From contig OZ024741.1 in the NCBI GenBank assembly GCA_964016885.1, forward strand, positions 220,410,001-220,474,000: a stretch of 64,000 nt of DNA, given 5' to 3'. Of this stretch, positions 13,892 to 26,617 are shown piece by piece. Origin of the DNA: Eledone cirrhosa. Taxonomy: Eukaryota. The notes beneath the pieces were generated by a model. That model was not told the origin of the DNA. It was given only the letters and a program-made list of their open reading frames with translations, and made no database searches. The translations under genes and the position numbers were made by a program. The first letter of the stretch is position 1, and each line of letters opens with the position of its first letter.

Positions 13892-14254
13892 TATTGGTAA
13901 ACGGAATAGAAAATGCTGACAAATTGTTCACAGTTGAAAAATGGTTTAATTAGGAATAAAAGAGTATTAGTGATTGTATGGGTTAGTATTCAGTTGTGGT
14001 TTAAAGTTTTTAAGTTTTTACCGGTTGCGCATTTCTAAATGCTTTTCAAAAATAATTTTGAGATAGAGTGTCCGTGCTGTTTGCTCTGATCTATTTTTGA
14101 AAAGCATTTAGAAATGCGCAACCGGTAAAAACTTAAAAACTTAAAACCACAACTGAATACTAACCCATACAATCACTAATACTCTTTTATTCCTAATTAA
14201 ACCATTTTTCAACTGTGAACAATTTGACAGCATTTTCTATTCCGTTTACCAATA
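13892..14254. repeat. Fold-back element with about 163-bp near-perfect arms and a hammerhead-like motif next to the centre
   Basis: 13892-14054 is the reverse complement of 14092-14254; lies next to (TA)n. Confidence 0.9.
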
Positions 14255-14287
14255 TATAATAACTTGTGTGTTACACCTCTATTCTTT

Positions 14288-14392
<105 letters not shown>

Positions 14393-14540
14393 GTATATAG
14401 AGAAAAATATACAAAGCGGTATGTGTTCAATTACAGGGGATAGAATACCACCAGAGCCCGAATTTAATCCCTTGAGCTCATTAACTTACAAGGGATTAAA
14501 TTAACGACGCGAGTTTTTAACTACGCTTTTTAATTTGATA

Positions 14541-14939
<399 letters not shown>

Positions 14940-15051
14940 TTATACTCCAAGATTGAACAGAATTCTTACAAACTTGTGGAGTTACCCCTAACCGAACGTT
15001 GAAACCGTCCACGAAACTGGCTTTCTTAACCGCGAATTGGAACACCATGAT

Positions 15052-15133
<82 letters not shown>

Positions 15134-15660
15134 CTTGGATACCCGCAGAAGAGCACACGAATTCTAGCTTTCACTTAATAATCCTTGCGAAACAGATTTA
15201 CATCTGTCCGGACATCATAGGCTTTTTGCCCGATATAGGTTTGTTATTTTTATTGATTTATGACCTTAAATCGAGTCAGGCAAACCATATTGTTTTAAAT
15301 TAGTATTTTTCAACCTAGCTAACTTGGTCATTTGCAATTGGAACAGATGTAAACTTGTATCTGTGTTCACCCCTCTCGTATATCCAATTATATTACACGG
15401 CTCGGAAAGATTCCCTTCTTTGAGCTATTTAATAAAGAATACTATTTTGAGTTTCTAACTCAATCTATGATATTCTCGGCTCCGTATGTAGAGCTGACTT
15501 TACTCTCATAAACCCAGCTAGTGTTATATTTTACCGGCATGAGTATGAGACGCGTTAGACGCTGTAAGACGTGCGTTTATACCCGCGTATCGTTCATTCT
15601 TCTTTGAATAGAAAGGTACGAATTTTCCTGGTCAACCGCAGAAGAGCACAGGAATTCTAT

Positions 15661-15741
<81 letters not shown>

Positions 15742-15750
15742 GAGAGAGAG

Positions 15751-17777
15751 AGAGCGATTATAAAAGAAATGAATACAAGGAGTTTAAAACCGTTAAAACA
15801 TGTTTATATAATAGTGCACCTACGTACTTTAACAGAGCACGCTACAGCCAAGACAGCGTCAAGAACAATAGTATAGAGAACCACACTAAGGAACTTGGCC
15901 ACACCATTAATTACACGAGTGGCGACCAAGATAACCTACAGCATGGTAAGGGTTACCCGATGGTAACGCCACCCATTGCAGCCTATTAGAATTATTCATT
16001 AACTATAAGATTAGCAACGGTGGCGGCCTATTACCAATACTCTCCAACGCGCGTCTAGCCACACATAAAAATTACGGAAGGAAGGCGGGCCTACCCGAAC
16101 ATAAAGTAATGGGGACGCATAACTGGCTACAGCACAGTAACAACTGTAAGTACTGTCAACTAGGAAGCACAACATGTAGCAAACCCACGGTAAAGCGGAA
16201 CGCCACCATAATATTCTATGGTTCCACCCCACCCCCCTACTCTCGGAGTGTGGTCTCCGACCTACCGAGGATATTCTTCGAAGCCTTAGAGAACACTATC
16301 AAAATATCCTTCTCTACCACCCCCAATCTAGCTGACATCATCGGAGCAACTAAACACACCACCTTACCACAGATACATCTAGACCCGACAACAACAATAA
16401 TAACCTTAACATTTCCCTAACAGCACCAAATAGTGTTGGCGGCAGCCCCGGCAGACGAAACCCACGTAGCCAAGGCGTGACAAGGGAATATACTGGTGAC
16501 CCGCACGGGCTACCCACCGGCAACAAAACGGGCTGCGGCGTGCGGAGTGATAATGGTACAACACCGCACGCCTCGAGATATAACAGTACCAATGACCGAG
16601 ATAGAGACATAGATAACAACATAGGTAGCAATAGTAATAGCTTTACTTCAGAAACTAGGAGCGACCGTGACAGAAAATGCAACTATCGTGACAGATGAGG
16701 CTGCCCTCTCAGGGGAAACTGCCTGACTGATAAGGTTATTTATAGGTGCACCGTAACTAGCCATAATGGAGTTAAACACTATATAGGGGGCCACCTCTTG
16801 CCAGTTTAAAACGAGATTTAGAACACATCTCCATCTCCACTATTTCAGGAACAAAAGACTAAGACACTCCAAGTCACTTGCCAACTACGTCACTACATTA
16901 CAATACGCCAACATCATCTACTCCACACACTGGGATATTGTCGGTAGGGCTGCATCCTACAATTTCAAGAGGAAATGCCAGCTCTGCCTCATGGAGCTTT
17001 ACTACATCATAAGAAAACCCACGAGCTCATAAACAGCCGAGTGGAATCAGTCATAAATTGTAGACACAGAGTACAGGCGTCGTACTTTGCCTGGGAAGCG
17101 ACTGCGGCATGAAAACTATAAACTGGGTTTCCCCTGCCCTAACCATAACACCCCGGTGGGCAGGTGGTATAAACAAACATCTGTGAACCAAATGTACATC
17201 GCAGACTCTGCTCGAACAAGCATTAGTGAAGCAACACCCCCTAAATAATAAATGTGCATCCCAGTCCCGACTTGACTGGCACTAGTGAAACAATATAAAA
17301 ATGCAAAACACCATCATATGAACAGGTATAAAAAACCAAGTGGGACTAGATTGTTTCAACACCGGCCAGAGTTACTCCCCCTGCTCTGCGATAATTGTTT
17401 CTATTTTTGGCACAAGGCCAGCAATTACCCAGTGCATTACTGGTACTTTATTTTATCGACCCCGTAAGGATGAAAGGCAAAGTTAACCTCGGCAAGGACC
17501 GTAACTCTATGCGTCAAAGCATAGCGCCCGACCCTCTACCGATACTGCCAATCCACCGCCCTTCTGCGATAATAACAGCACATGCATGTAGGCGAAGAAT
17601 GAACTCTGATGTTAATTTAACCGTGAAAGCCCCTCCTGGGTCGTGTATTGATCATTTTTTTTGTTTTCCATGCCCTTGATAAAGCCATTCCGGGCGAAAC
17701 GTACGTAGGTGCACTGTTATATAAACATGTTCTAACGGTTTTAAACTCCTTGTATTCTTTTCTTCTATAATCGCTCT
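15751..17777 (+). mobile_element. Decayed Naiad-like Penelope element with a short inverted 5' pLTR and an internal SINE-A (17392-17560, -)
   Basis: Remnant peptides PPYSRSV..IKISFSTTPNL, KCNY..GCPLRGNCL..VIYRCTV..YIG and CQLC; 15751-15827 is the reverse complement of 17701-17777; degenerate hammerhead at 17671-17713. Confidence 0.8.
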
Positions 17778-17914
17778 GCTTATTTTTCCTCGTCCACTAA
17801 ATATTGACGCGTCTAATATTTAACCCTGTAGGCACGAGTATTGAGCAACCTTTTGTCAACTAAATAAATGTATCGCCTATCTTCCCTTTTTTCTCTCTCT
17901 CGATACTTAAACAT

Positions 17915-17984
<70 letters not shown>

Positions 17985-17987
<3 letters not shown>

Positions 17988-18310
17988 TGTGTTTTTTAAT
18001 TTGTTTTGCAAGATTCTTTATCTGAAAACGTGAGTTGAAACATATATTGTTATACTTTTGGAGGGTCATGCTACCAAAAAAACACACAAAAATAAGAAGG
18101 TGTAGGACAGAACAAAGGCGAGACACAAAATAAGAAATCAGTCACTGAGTAGGTCACAGAACGTGTGATGAAAGAGGTTTGAAAATAAATAAACACACAT
18201 CCAGTTATTTAACCAACCAGCCGGAAATTTGTAATAAATTGAAGGGAAAACCGACAGGTGCGTGTGTTTTTATTCGCACCATGACCCTCCCAAAGAATAA
18301 CAATATATAT
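17985..18310. mobile_element. Old fold-back pLTR remnant of the Neptune-like family
   Basis: An inverted arm (about 17985-18087) plus a + arm with a degenerate hammerhead (cagtcactgagtaggtcac..gtgatgaaag), homologous to 25470-26097 and 55210-56123. Confidence 0.7.
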
Positions 18311-18521
18311 TTATATATCACAAAATATAAATCGAAATATTTTATCTCGAAACTATTATACCATAAAAAGCTCAATAAACATTATGGTTTAAAACCCTAA
18401 TTTTCAGACCATCATTTACACGATATTATCGAGGTATAATGATATTTATATTTAAAAAAAGAAATCATAGTAGGCAAACATACATTTAAAAGCAAACGCA
18501 ATTTTACTTACATTGTAATTT

Positions 18522-18674
18522 GTAAGAAATTCCCAGAAGAGCTGGACAGCAGAAGGTCTTCAGAGAAGAAACCCCGCTCAAGCGAGCGTTTCAGAATTTA
18601 AGGGCCGATACATTCACTTGAGCGGGGTTTCTTTTCTGAAGACCTGCTGTCCAGCTTTCCTGAGAGTTTCTTAC
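18522..18674. repeat. Degenerate fold-back element
   Basis: GTAAGAAA..CTGGACAGCAG..GAAACCCCGCTCAAG pairs with CTTGAGCGGGGTTTC..CTGCTGTCCAG..TTTCTTAC. Confidence 0.75.
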
Positions 18675-18929
18675 CATTATCATAATTGCTTATACCGCGG
18701 TTTTTGATTATAATAAACAATTCTAATTACCATATTTAAAATGGTTAATCAGTAAATTAAGACCAATCATCCTCATCAGTAATCATTGTCTTACAGTTAA
18801 ATAACCCTATGCAAGGGAATTCGAATGAATGAAATTGTGTTCGTAACAAAGTAAGAAGACGACTAACTTCACAGCCAAAAACGTACAAATAATTTTTAAA
18901 AAGCTACGTGTTTCATAGTATGATATTAT

Positions 18930-19112
18930 TGATTGGCAGTATAGGAAGAGGGTCGGACGCCATGCTTTGCAGCATAGAGTTACGGCTCTTTATGATTTGA
19001 GTTCAAATCCCGCCGAGGTTAACTTTGCCTTTCATTCTTACGGGGTCGATAAAATAATGTACCAGTCTCGCACTGAGGTCGATTTAATCGACTTTCCCTT
19101 CCCCCAAAATTA
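18930..19112 (+). mobile_element. SINE-A
   Basis: Head and body match the family. Confidence 0.8.
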
Positions 19113-19139
19113 CCATTATTATTATTATTATTATTATTA

Positions 19140-21950
19140 CAGTTGCATTTATCTTGCTTTATGTTCATACGAGTTATCACCAAGTCACAACCAGTGACCT
19201 CAAGAGACAACAAGGTCCGCCATGTTCAAGGAAGAACATACATACTCACACATGCATCTTTAGTGTTTAGACTTGTGATGTACTTATATTGACAGAATCT
19301 TCCTTAGTATATGGGCAGTTCCCATTAGTACTATCTTTTGTATTTCTCCTATACGCGGGTTTCCTGGGATCTGCGATAAGTAATCATTAGACCCCTTAGG
19401 TATCATTCCCAGAGCGCCTACAACCACTGGTATTGTTTTAGTTTTCAATTTCCACATTTTTCCTATTTCTATCTCCAGGTCCTTATACTTGCTCAATTTT
19501 TCAAATGTTTTTATAGATACATTCTTGTCTATTGGAACAGACATATCAATTAGCAGGCATACCCTCTTTTTAAAGTCCTTCAATATTATATCAGGTCTAT
19601 TTGCATCTATTTTTCGGTCTGTTTGGATGCTAAAGTTCCACAAGATTGAGATGTGATCTTTTTCAAGTATGGGAGGTGGTTGATGCTCCCACCAATTCTT
19701 TTGATGGGGCAGGTCAAAATGCTTACACATTATCCAATGTATGTATTTGGCAGCTCTCTCATGCCTGTTTAGGTATTCGGTTGGAGCTATAGGACTACAC
19801 ATTGAAATTATATGGTCAATGGTCTCAGGTTGTTTTTTGCATACACGGCATAATGGGCTGCATCCATTTTTTATTATGTTGGCTTGGTATTTTTTTGTTG
19901 GCAGACACTGATCTTGTGCTGATATAATCAGTCCTTCAGTTTCCGATTTCAGTCCAGAGGATGCCAACCACTGATGGGTTAAAGTTTTGTCAACATCAGG
20001 ATTGTTAGCTCGCTCTGGGTATTTTCCATACAGAGGCTTTTCTTGCCATTTCTTAGCCAGTTTCTGTAGCAGTTCTTTCTTTGCAGTTACTTTTACCTGC
20101 TTTGCTTTTTCTCTGTTTTCCATTTCAGCAGTAAATGGGACTTCTGAAATTTGTAGTCCATTACTGTATCTTTGTGCATCTTTTGTAATGGAATATGATC
20201 TTTTGATGCTTTCGTGTTTCAAAACGAGTTTGATCATCCAATCATGTGATTCCCTTAGATATGTAGATAATCCAATTGTTGCAGTTTTCAACGCAATGTC
20301 TAACTGGATTAACCCACGTCCTCCTTCTTTCCTAGGGAGATATATTCTATCTATATCTGCCTTAGGGTGATGCATTCTGTGCATGGTTAAGAATTTTCGA
20401 ATTTTTGTATCGAGCCTACGGATCTCTGTGCTTGACCAGTTGATGACATTGTAACTATAGGTTACTACTGGTATGGCAAGCGTGTTTATGGCATCGATCC
20501 TATTCCTTGCATTCAATTCCGTTCTTAAGATTGCTCTTACTCTGCGGTAACATTCCTTCCTTATCCTTTCCCTCATTGTCGAGTGCTTGATTCCGTCTCC
20601 TTCACAAACACCTAGATATTTGTAAGTTTTTTCTTGATCAAGTTCTCTTTTCACGTTCCCCCGATCAAGATTAATGTCTGAACTCTTCAGCAGCTTTCCT
20701 CTGGTGAACGTTGCCTTGGCGCATTTATCTAGTCCAAACTCCATTTTAATGTCATCACTGAACTGCTCCACAGTGGATAATAGCCCTTGCAATTGTTCAT
20801 CATTTTTTGCAAATAGTTTCAGGTCATCCATGTAGAACAGGTGATTAATGGTTTTGTCATAGACTTTATATCCATGTTTTGTTTCATTGAGCATTTTACT
20901 TACTGGTATAAGTGCGATGCAGAATAAAAGCGGTGATAAAGAGTCACCCTGAAAAATTCCACAATTAATATTAACTTCTCCAGCTTCCAGTGATTTTGTT
21001 TCACTATTCAAAAGGAGTGTCGTTTTCTATGTCTTCATACTGAATGACAAAAACCTCCTGACAACGGGGGATATTTTGAAAATCTCTAAACATTTTTCAA
21101 TCCAACTGTGTGGCAAACTATCGAATGCTTTTTTATAATCTATCTAAGCAATCGATAGATTTTTGTGTCTATTATGACAATCTTCTAGTATCATTTTGTT
21201 AACCAGAAGCTGATCCTTACAGCCATATGAGCCTCGTTTACACCCTTTCTGCTCAATGGGAAATAGGTCATTTGTTATCAGGTGGTCATATGTGTATTCA
21301 GTTAGGACTGATGTTAAAATTTTATACATTGTGGTCAAGCAAGTTATCGGTCTGTAATTTTTGGGATTGTTTGTCTCATCATTCTTCGGAAGCAGGAATG
21401 TAATGCCGTTAACTAGCCATGATGGTATCTTTTCTGGCTCCTTAACTATTTCATTGTAAAGTTGGGCTAACAGCTCATGAGACTCTGTGAAGGCATTTAT
21501 CCAAAAGTTTTGTATTTTGTCTTTTCCTGGGGATTTCCATTTGCTGTTTTTTCTTAGAGCCAAGCGCAACTGTTCAACTGTTATATTTTCCCATATCTGT
21601 TCCTCAAGGTGAGCTGTAACTTTCATTTGTCTGTCTATCCACCGGGGAATGTATGTTATGAACTTTTTCTTCGGCCCAGATCTTTTCCCAGAATTCTTGC
21701 ACTTCCTCCTTGGGTGGTATTGATTTAGCAGTTATTGTTGACTTACCAATTTTTCTGTAGAAGTTTCTTTGGTTGTTTTTGAACATATTATTGTCCCTAT
21801 AGAATCTAGATCGTTTTTCAAAGCGCCTTATACGAGCAGCTTTGGCCGACAATTTTTGCTTGATTATTTCTATCAGCATGTCTATGTCACATGTTCATTT
21901 TATACTGTACTTTTTTTTCAATTTTATTATTTTCAATTTTTTTCAATTTT
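19140..21950 (-). mobile_element. R4/Dong-like non-LTR retrotransposon (RT + CCHC + RLE endonuclease), 5'-truncated, with stops and frameshifts
   Basis: KSPGKD, NYRPITCL, GIFQGDSLSP, YMDD, CRVC..H..C, RH, RPDI..D..EKLSKY; the 3' end runs into (TAA)n. Confidence 0.92.
19284..21011 (-). CDS. R4/Dong-like RT C-terminal half plus restriction-like endonuclease (575-aa fragment)
   Basis: ORF track; motifs as for the element. Confidence 0.85.
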   Translation of the reverse strand: MNSETKSLEAGEVNINCGIFQGDSLSPLLFCIALIPVSKMLNETKHGYKVYDKTINHLFYMDDLKLFAKNDEQLQGLLSTVEQFSDDIKMEFGLDKCAKATFTRGKLLKSSDINLDRGNVKRELDQEKTYKYLGVCEGDGIKHSTMRERIRKECYRRVRAILRTELNARNRIDAINTLAIPVVTYSYNVINWSSTEIRRLDTKIRKFLTMHRMHHPKADIDRIYLPRKEGGRGLIQLDIALKTATIGLSTYLRESHDWMIKLVLKHESIKRSYSITKDAQRYSNGLQISEVPFTAEMENREKAKQVKVTAKKELLQKLAKKWQEKPLYGKYPERANNPDVDKTLTHQWLASSGLKSETEGLIISAQDQCLPTKKYQANIIKNGCSPLCRVCKKQPETIDHIISMCSPIAPTEYLNRHERAAKYIHWIMCKHFDLPHQKNWWEHQPPPILEKDHISILWNFSIQTDRKIDANRPDIILKDFKKRVCLLIDMSVPIDKNVSIKTFEKLSKYKDLEIEIGKMWKLKTKTIPVVVGALGMIPKGSNDYLSQIPGNPRIGEIQKIVLMGTAHILRKILSI

Positions 21951-21964
21951 AATATTATTATTAT

Positions 21965-22714
21965 AGTTGCATTTATCTTGCTTTATGTTCATACGAGTTA
22001 TCACCAAGTCACAACCAGTGACCTCAAGAGACAACAAGGTCCGCCATGTTCAAGGAAGAACATACATACTCACACATGCATCTTTAGTGTTTAGACTTGT
22101 GATGTACTTATATTGACAGAATCTTCCTTAGTATATGGGCAGTTCCCATTAGTACTATCTTTTGTATTTCTCCTATACGCGGGTTTCCTGGGATCTGCGA
22201 TAAGTAATCATTAGACCCCTTAGGTATCATTCCCAGAGCGCCTACAACCACTGGTATTGTTTTAGTTCTCAATTTCCACATTTTTCCAATTTCTATCTCC
22301 AGGTCCTTATACTTGCTCAATTTTTCAAATGTTTTTATAGATACATTCTTGTCTATTGGAACAGACATATCAATTAGCAGGCATACCCTCTTTTTAAAGT
22401 CCTTCAATATTATATCAGGTATATTTGCATCTATTTTTCCGTCTGTTTGGATGCTAAAGTTCCACAAGATTGAGATGTGATCTTTTTCAAGTATGGGAGG
22501 TGGTTGATGCTCCCACCAATTCTTTTGATGGGGCAGGTCAAAATGCTTACACATTATCCAATGTATGTATTGTGCAGCTCTCTCATGCCTGTTTAGGTAT
22601 TCGGTTGGAGCTATAGGACTACACATTGAAATTATATGGTCAATGGTCTTAGGTTGTTTTTTGCATACACGGCATAATGGGCTGCATCCATTTTTCATTA
22701 TGTTGGCTTGGTAA

Positions 22715-22716
<2 letters not shown>
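21965..22716 (-). mobile_element. Second, heavily 5'-truncated copy of the same R4/Dong-like element, in tandem
   Basis: Near-identical RLE ORF (22108-22698) and 3' UTR; bounded by (TAA)n at about 21955 and 22719-22760. Confidence 0.92.
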
Positions 22717-22758
<42 letters not shown>

Positions 22759-23146
22759 TATTTATTTTTTTTTTTTTTTTTTTTGCTTATAAAATGAGCC
22801 AGGTCAAATATGGGGTTACAAATGCTGGAGGCTCAAAGAAAAGCTAAAAATAGCTCAACAAACTAAAATTTAAAGTTGGTAGCTTCAACGTTTTTACTTA
22901 TGGAAAATAATATAAGTCGGACGGACACATAAGTCTCTGGAGACGTCGAAGCCAACAACTTTAAATTCAAAATACTCTACCTACTCAGCAGTTCTAAAGA
23001 TAGATTAGTTACACACACAGATACACATATAGATATATATAATTTATTTATGTTCACCGAACAAAGCACTTTTGTTCCGTGTATGAACATAAATATATAA
23101 TATAGCACATCAACTCTCATCTCTGATTGAGCACTATTTTTCTATT

Positions 23147-23224
<78 letters not shown>

Positions 23225-23559
23225 GTATATATACAGAGAGAGAGAGAAAGAGAGAGATGACTGATAAATGCGGTCTCATAAACGCAGTGAAAGTGACTCT
23301 TAGCCGACGCTACCGACGACCACAAACAAACAACCCCCATACACCTCAACTCATCCTAACCTAAGAAAGACGTACAACACTAGGAACTAAGTGAAAAAAA
23401 AACCTATCACGTCGTTCAGCACTATACCCCGTCCCCTAGATCTAACAATAACCAATCCTACACGAATTACTGGTTCGGAAGTGACGTCCATTATCAGACT
23501 CTGCATATTACTTCAAATCCCACAAAATTCAATTTTTTCTCCTTTTCATATCTTTATCA

Positions 23560-24203
23560 TCTTCTTCTTCGCCCACTTTTTCCTGAGAGGATCGTGGAGG
23601 AAGAGTCCTCAAACACTCCTTCCAACTTATCTGACTGCATCCCCAAGCGAGAACAGCCAAGCTCATGGACCTTATACAACCATATATGTCATATATAATA
23701 TTTATATTTATAGTATCTTTAATTAATTGTTTCTACATTTGGCACAAGACCAGCAAATACACAGTACATTACTGGTACTTTATTTTATCGCCCCCGTAAG
23801 GATGAAAGGCAAAGTTAACCTCGACGGGATTTTAACTCAGATCATAAAGGGACGTAACTATGCTGGAATGCATGGCGTCCGACCCTCTACCGATACTGCC
23901 AATTCATCGTGGAGGCAGAGTACCCAAACACTCCTTCCAGCGGGTCCTGTCAGAAGCAACTGTCTCCAACTGATCCAGCTGGATTGTCAACCTTCTATAT
24001 ATAATACCAGTCATGTACTAGGGAGGTGTACTTATAGTATAAACAATAATTGTTTCTACTTTAGGCACAAGACCAGCAATTAACCAGTGCATTACTGGTA
24101 CTTTATTCTATCGACCCCGTAAGGATGAAAGGCAAAGTCAACCTCGGCGGGATTTGAACTCAGATCGTAAAGGGACGTAACTATGCTGGAAAGCATGGCG
24201 TCT
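23560..24203 (-). mobile_element. RTE 3' fragments interleaved with two SINE-A copies
   Basis: TCGTGGAGGCAGAG..CACTCCTTCCAG..CTGTCAGAAGCAAC matches 60420-60660; SINE-A at about 23725-23903 and 24047-24203. Confidence 0.6.
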
Positions 24204-24238
24204 ATTTGTGTTGCTGTTATTGTTATTTACGTCGGCAG

Positions 24239-24390
24239 CTTCTTCTTCTTCTTCTTCTTCTTCTTCTTCTTCTTCTTCTTCTTCTTCTTCTTCTTCTTCT
24301 TCTTCTTCTTCTTCTTCTTCTTCTTCTTCTTCTTCTTCTTCTTCTTCTTCTTCTTCTTCTTCTTCTTCTTCTTCTTCTTCTTCTTCTTCT
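24239..24390. repeat. Perfect (TCT)n microsatellite, about 50 units
   Basis: Seen directly. Confidence 0.98.
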
Positions 24391-24884
24391 TTGTCTTCGT
24401 CTTCGTCCCTCTTGTTGTTTTTATATTTAGAAACCATTTCTTTATTCTGTTATTCATATCAAAGCCGTTACGTTCTGCTTTGTTCTTTCCAATCACGATA
24501 TTTTTCGATCAATTTCGATACGCAACTCAAATCCGTCTGTCTTAATGTTTCGCTTTTTTCTATGTCTATCTGTCTGTCTGTATATATTACTGTTGTTATT
24601 TTGTCTTGCTGTTTCACTGTATTTAAGTCTCTCTCTGTGGTTTCGCTGCTTATTTCTACGACTTTCTTTTAAACATTGCTTGAATCTAAACGAGACATAA
24701 ATGCAAAGTAAAAAATAAATAATGATATCTGTATCAAAATACAGTCTAGATTAAGTGAATGAACGTGAGTGTGTGTATATTTATATAGAGAAGTCTGTTT
24801 ATGTGAGTGTATATATATATTATATACACATATATATATACACACACATATATATATATACATACACACACATACATACATACA

Positions 24885-24974
<90 letters not shown>

Positions 24975-25012
24975 CATAAAGTTATATTTGTATAAATCCA
25001 CAGTTGACCGTA

Positions 25013-25061
<49 letters not shown>

Positions 25062-25064
<3 letters not shown>

Positions 25065-25171
25065 AAAATATGACCCCGACGGCAGAGCTCAAGCCGTTTC
25101 GACGGCTATTTCTGGATTGAAATAGCCGTCGAAATGGCTTGAGTTCTGCCGTCGGGATCATACATTTTCCT
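25062..25171. repeat. Short fold-back containing the 3' half of a hammerhead
   Basis: Arms of about 50 bp; the left arm read on the minus strand is GAAAC-GGC-ttgagctct-GCC-GTC. Confidence 0.8.
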
Positions 25172-25251
25172 GTTACCCACTCTACTACCCTAAGTATTGA
25201 GTACTCTGGAGCGTTAGGTCCATCTGGTTCCTTACCACAACTCCTTCGTTA

Positions 25252-25292
<41 letters not shown>

Positions 25293-25336
25293 GTTATATC
25301 GGTATAGATATAGATAGATATAAATATGTATATGTA

Positions 25337-25411
<75 letters not shown>

Positions 25412-25469
25412 GATATAACCTTTATATATATATATATATATATATATAACGAAGGAGTTGTGGTAAGAA

Positions 25470-26094
25470 CATAGAAATAAAAATAGAATCCACACACAGA
25501 AAAGATGCAATGTTTAGGCAAATTACAGAGGCGATAAACATAAAAGAATTACAACCAAAATTAAATAGAAAATATGAGTGGAACAGCAACATCACAACTT
25601 ACAATTAAGGACAAAATGAAAACACACACAGGACAAAATGAAAGCACACACACACATAGAACAAACAACCAACCAACCAACAATAAATAAATAAATAAAT
25701 AAATAAATAAGTAAACAAATAGATAAATGAACACAAACACACACAGACACCCGGATGTGGCGCATGCGCAAACTGAGCACACAACACACACACAGAAACA
25801 AAATGGCGTAGGATAGAAGAAAGGAAAGGCACAGAAACAAAGAAAGGAATCCCCAGTCACTGAAGAGGTCACAGAGTGTGTAACGAAAGGACTATGATAA
25901 ACAACTATCTGGTTGTGGAACCAACCAACCAACCAGAAATTTATAAATTTATTATAAATTTATTATAATAAATTGAAGTGAAAGCAACTGGTGCGTGTGT
26001 TTCTTATTGGCAACATGACCCTCCCAAAGTATAACAATATCGGTTTCAACACACGATTTCAGATAAAGAATCTTGCTAAACAAATTGAGAAACG

Positions 26095-26097
<3 letters not shown>
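25470..26097 (+). mobile_element. Solo 3' end/pLTR of the Neptune-like element, with hammerhead at 25855-25899
   Basis: Highly similar to about 55415-56123; ends in (TA)n. Confidence 0.88.
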
Positions 26098-26148
<51 letters not shown>

Positions 26149-26200
26149 CGTTACTGGTACTTTATTTTATCGACCCCGTAAGGATGAAAGGCCAATCCAC

Positions 26201-26434
<234 letters not shown>

Positions 26435-26617
26435 GTGGATTGGCAGTATCGGTAGAGGGTCGGACGCCATGCTTTCCAGCGTGTTACGTCCCTTTACGAA
26501 CTGAGTTCAAATCCCGCCGAGGTTGACTTTGCCTTTCATCCTTACGGGGTCGATAAAATAAAGTACCAGTAATGCACTGGGTAATTGCTGGCCTTGTGCC
26601 TAAAGTAGAAACAATTA
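26435..26617 (+). mobile_element. SINE-A, full length
   Basis: GTGGATTGGCAGTATCGG..GAGTTCAAATCC..GTAGAAACAATTA. Confidence 0.88.

Noticed and set aside
14945-15060. Possible second Helitron 5' end on the minus strand
   Set aside because: No matching hairpin plus CTRR 3' end was found.
24138-24672. Poly-E/F/L/S/K ORFs
   Set aside because: (TCT)n microsatellite read in different frames.
26435-26520. tRNA gene
   Set aside because: The A/B boxes belong to a SINE head; there is no cloverleaf, and it continues into the SINE body.
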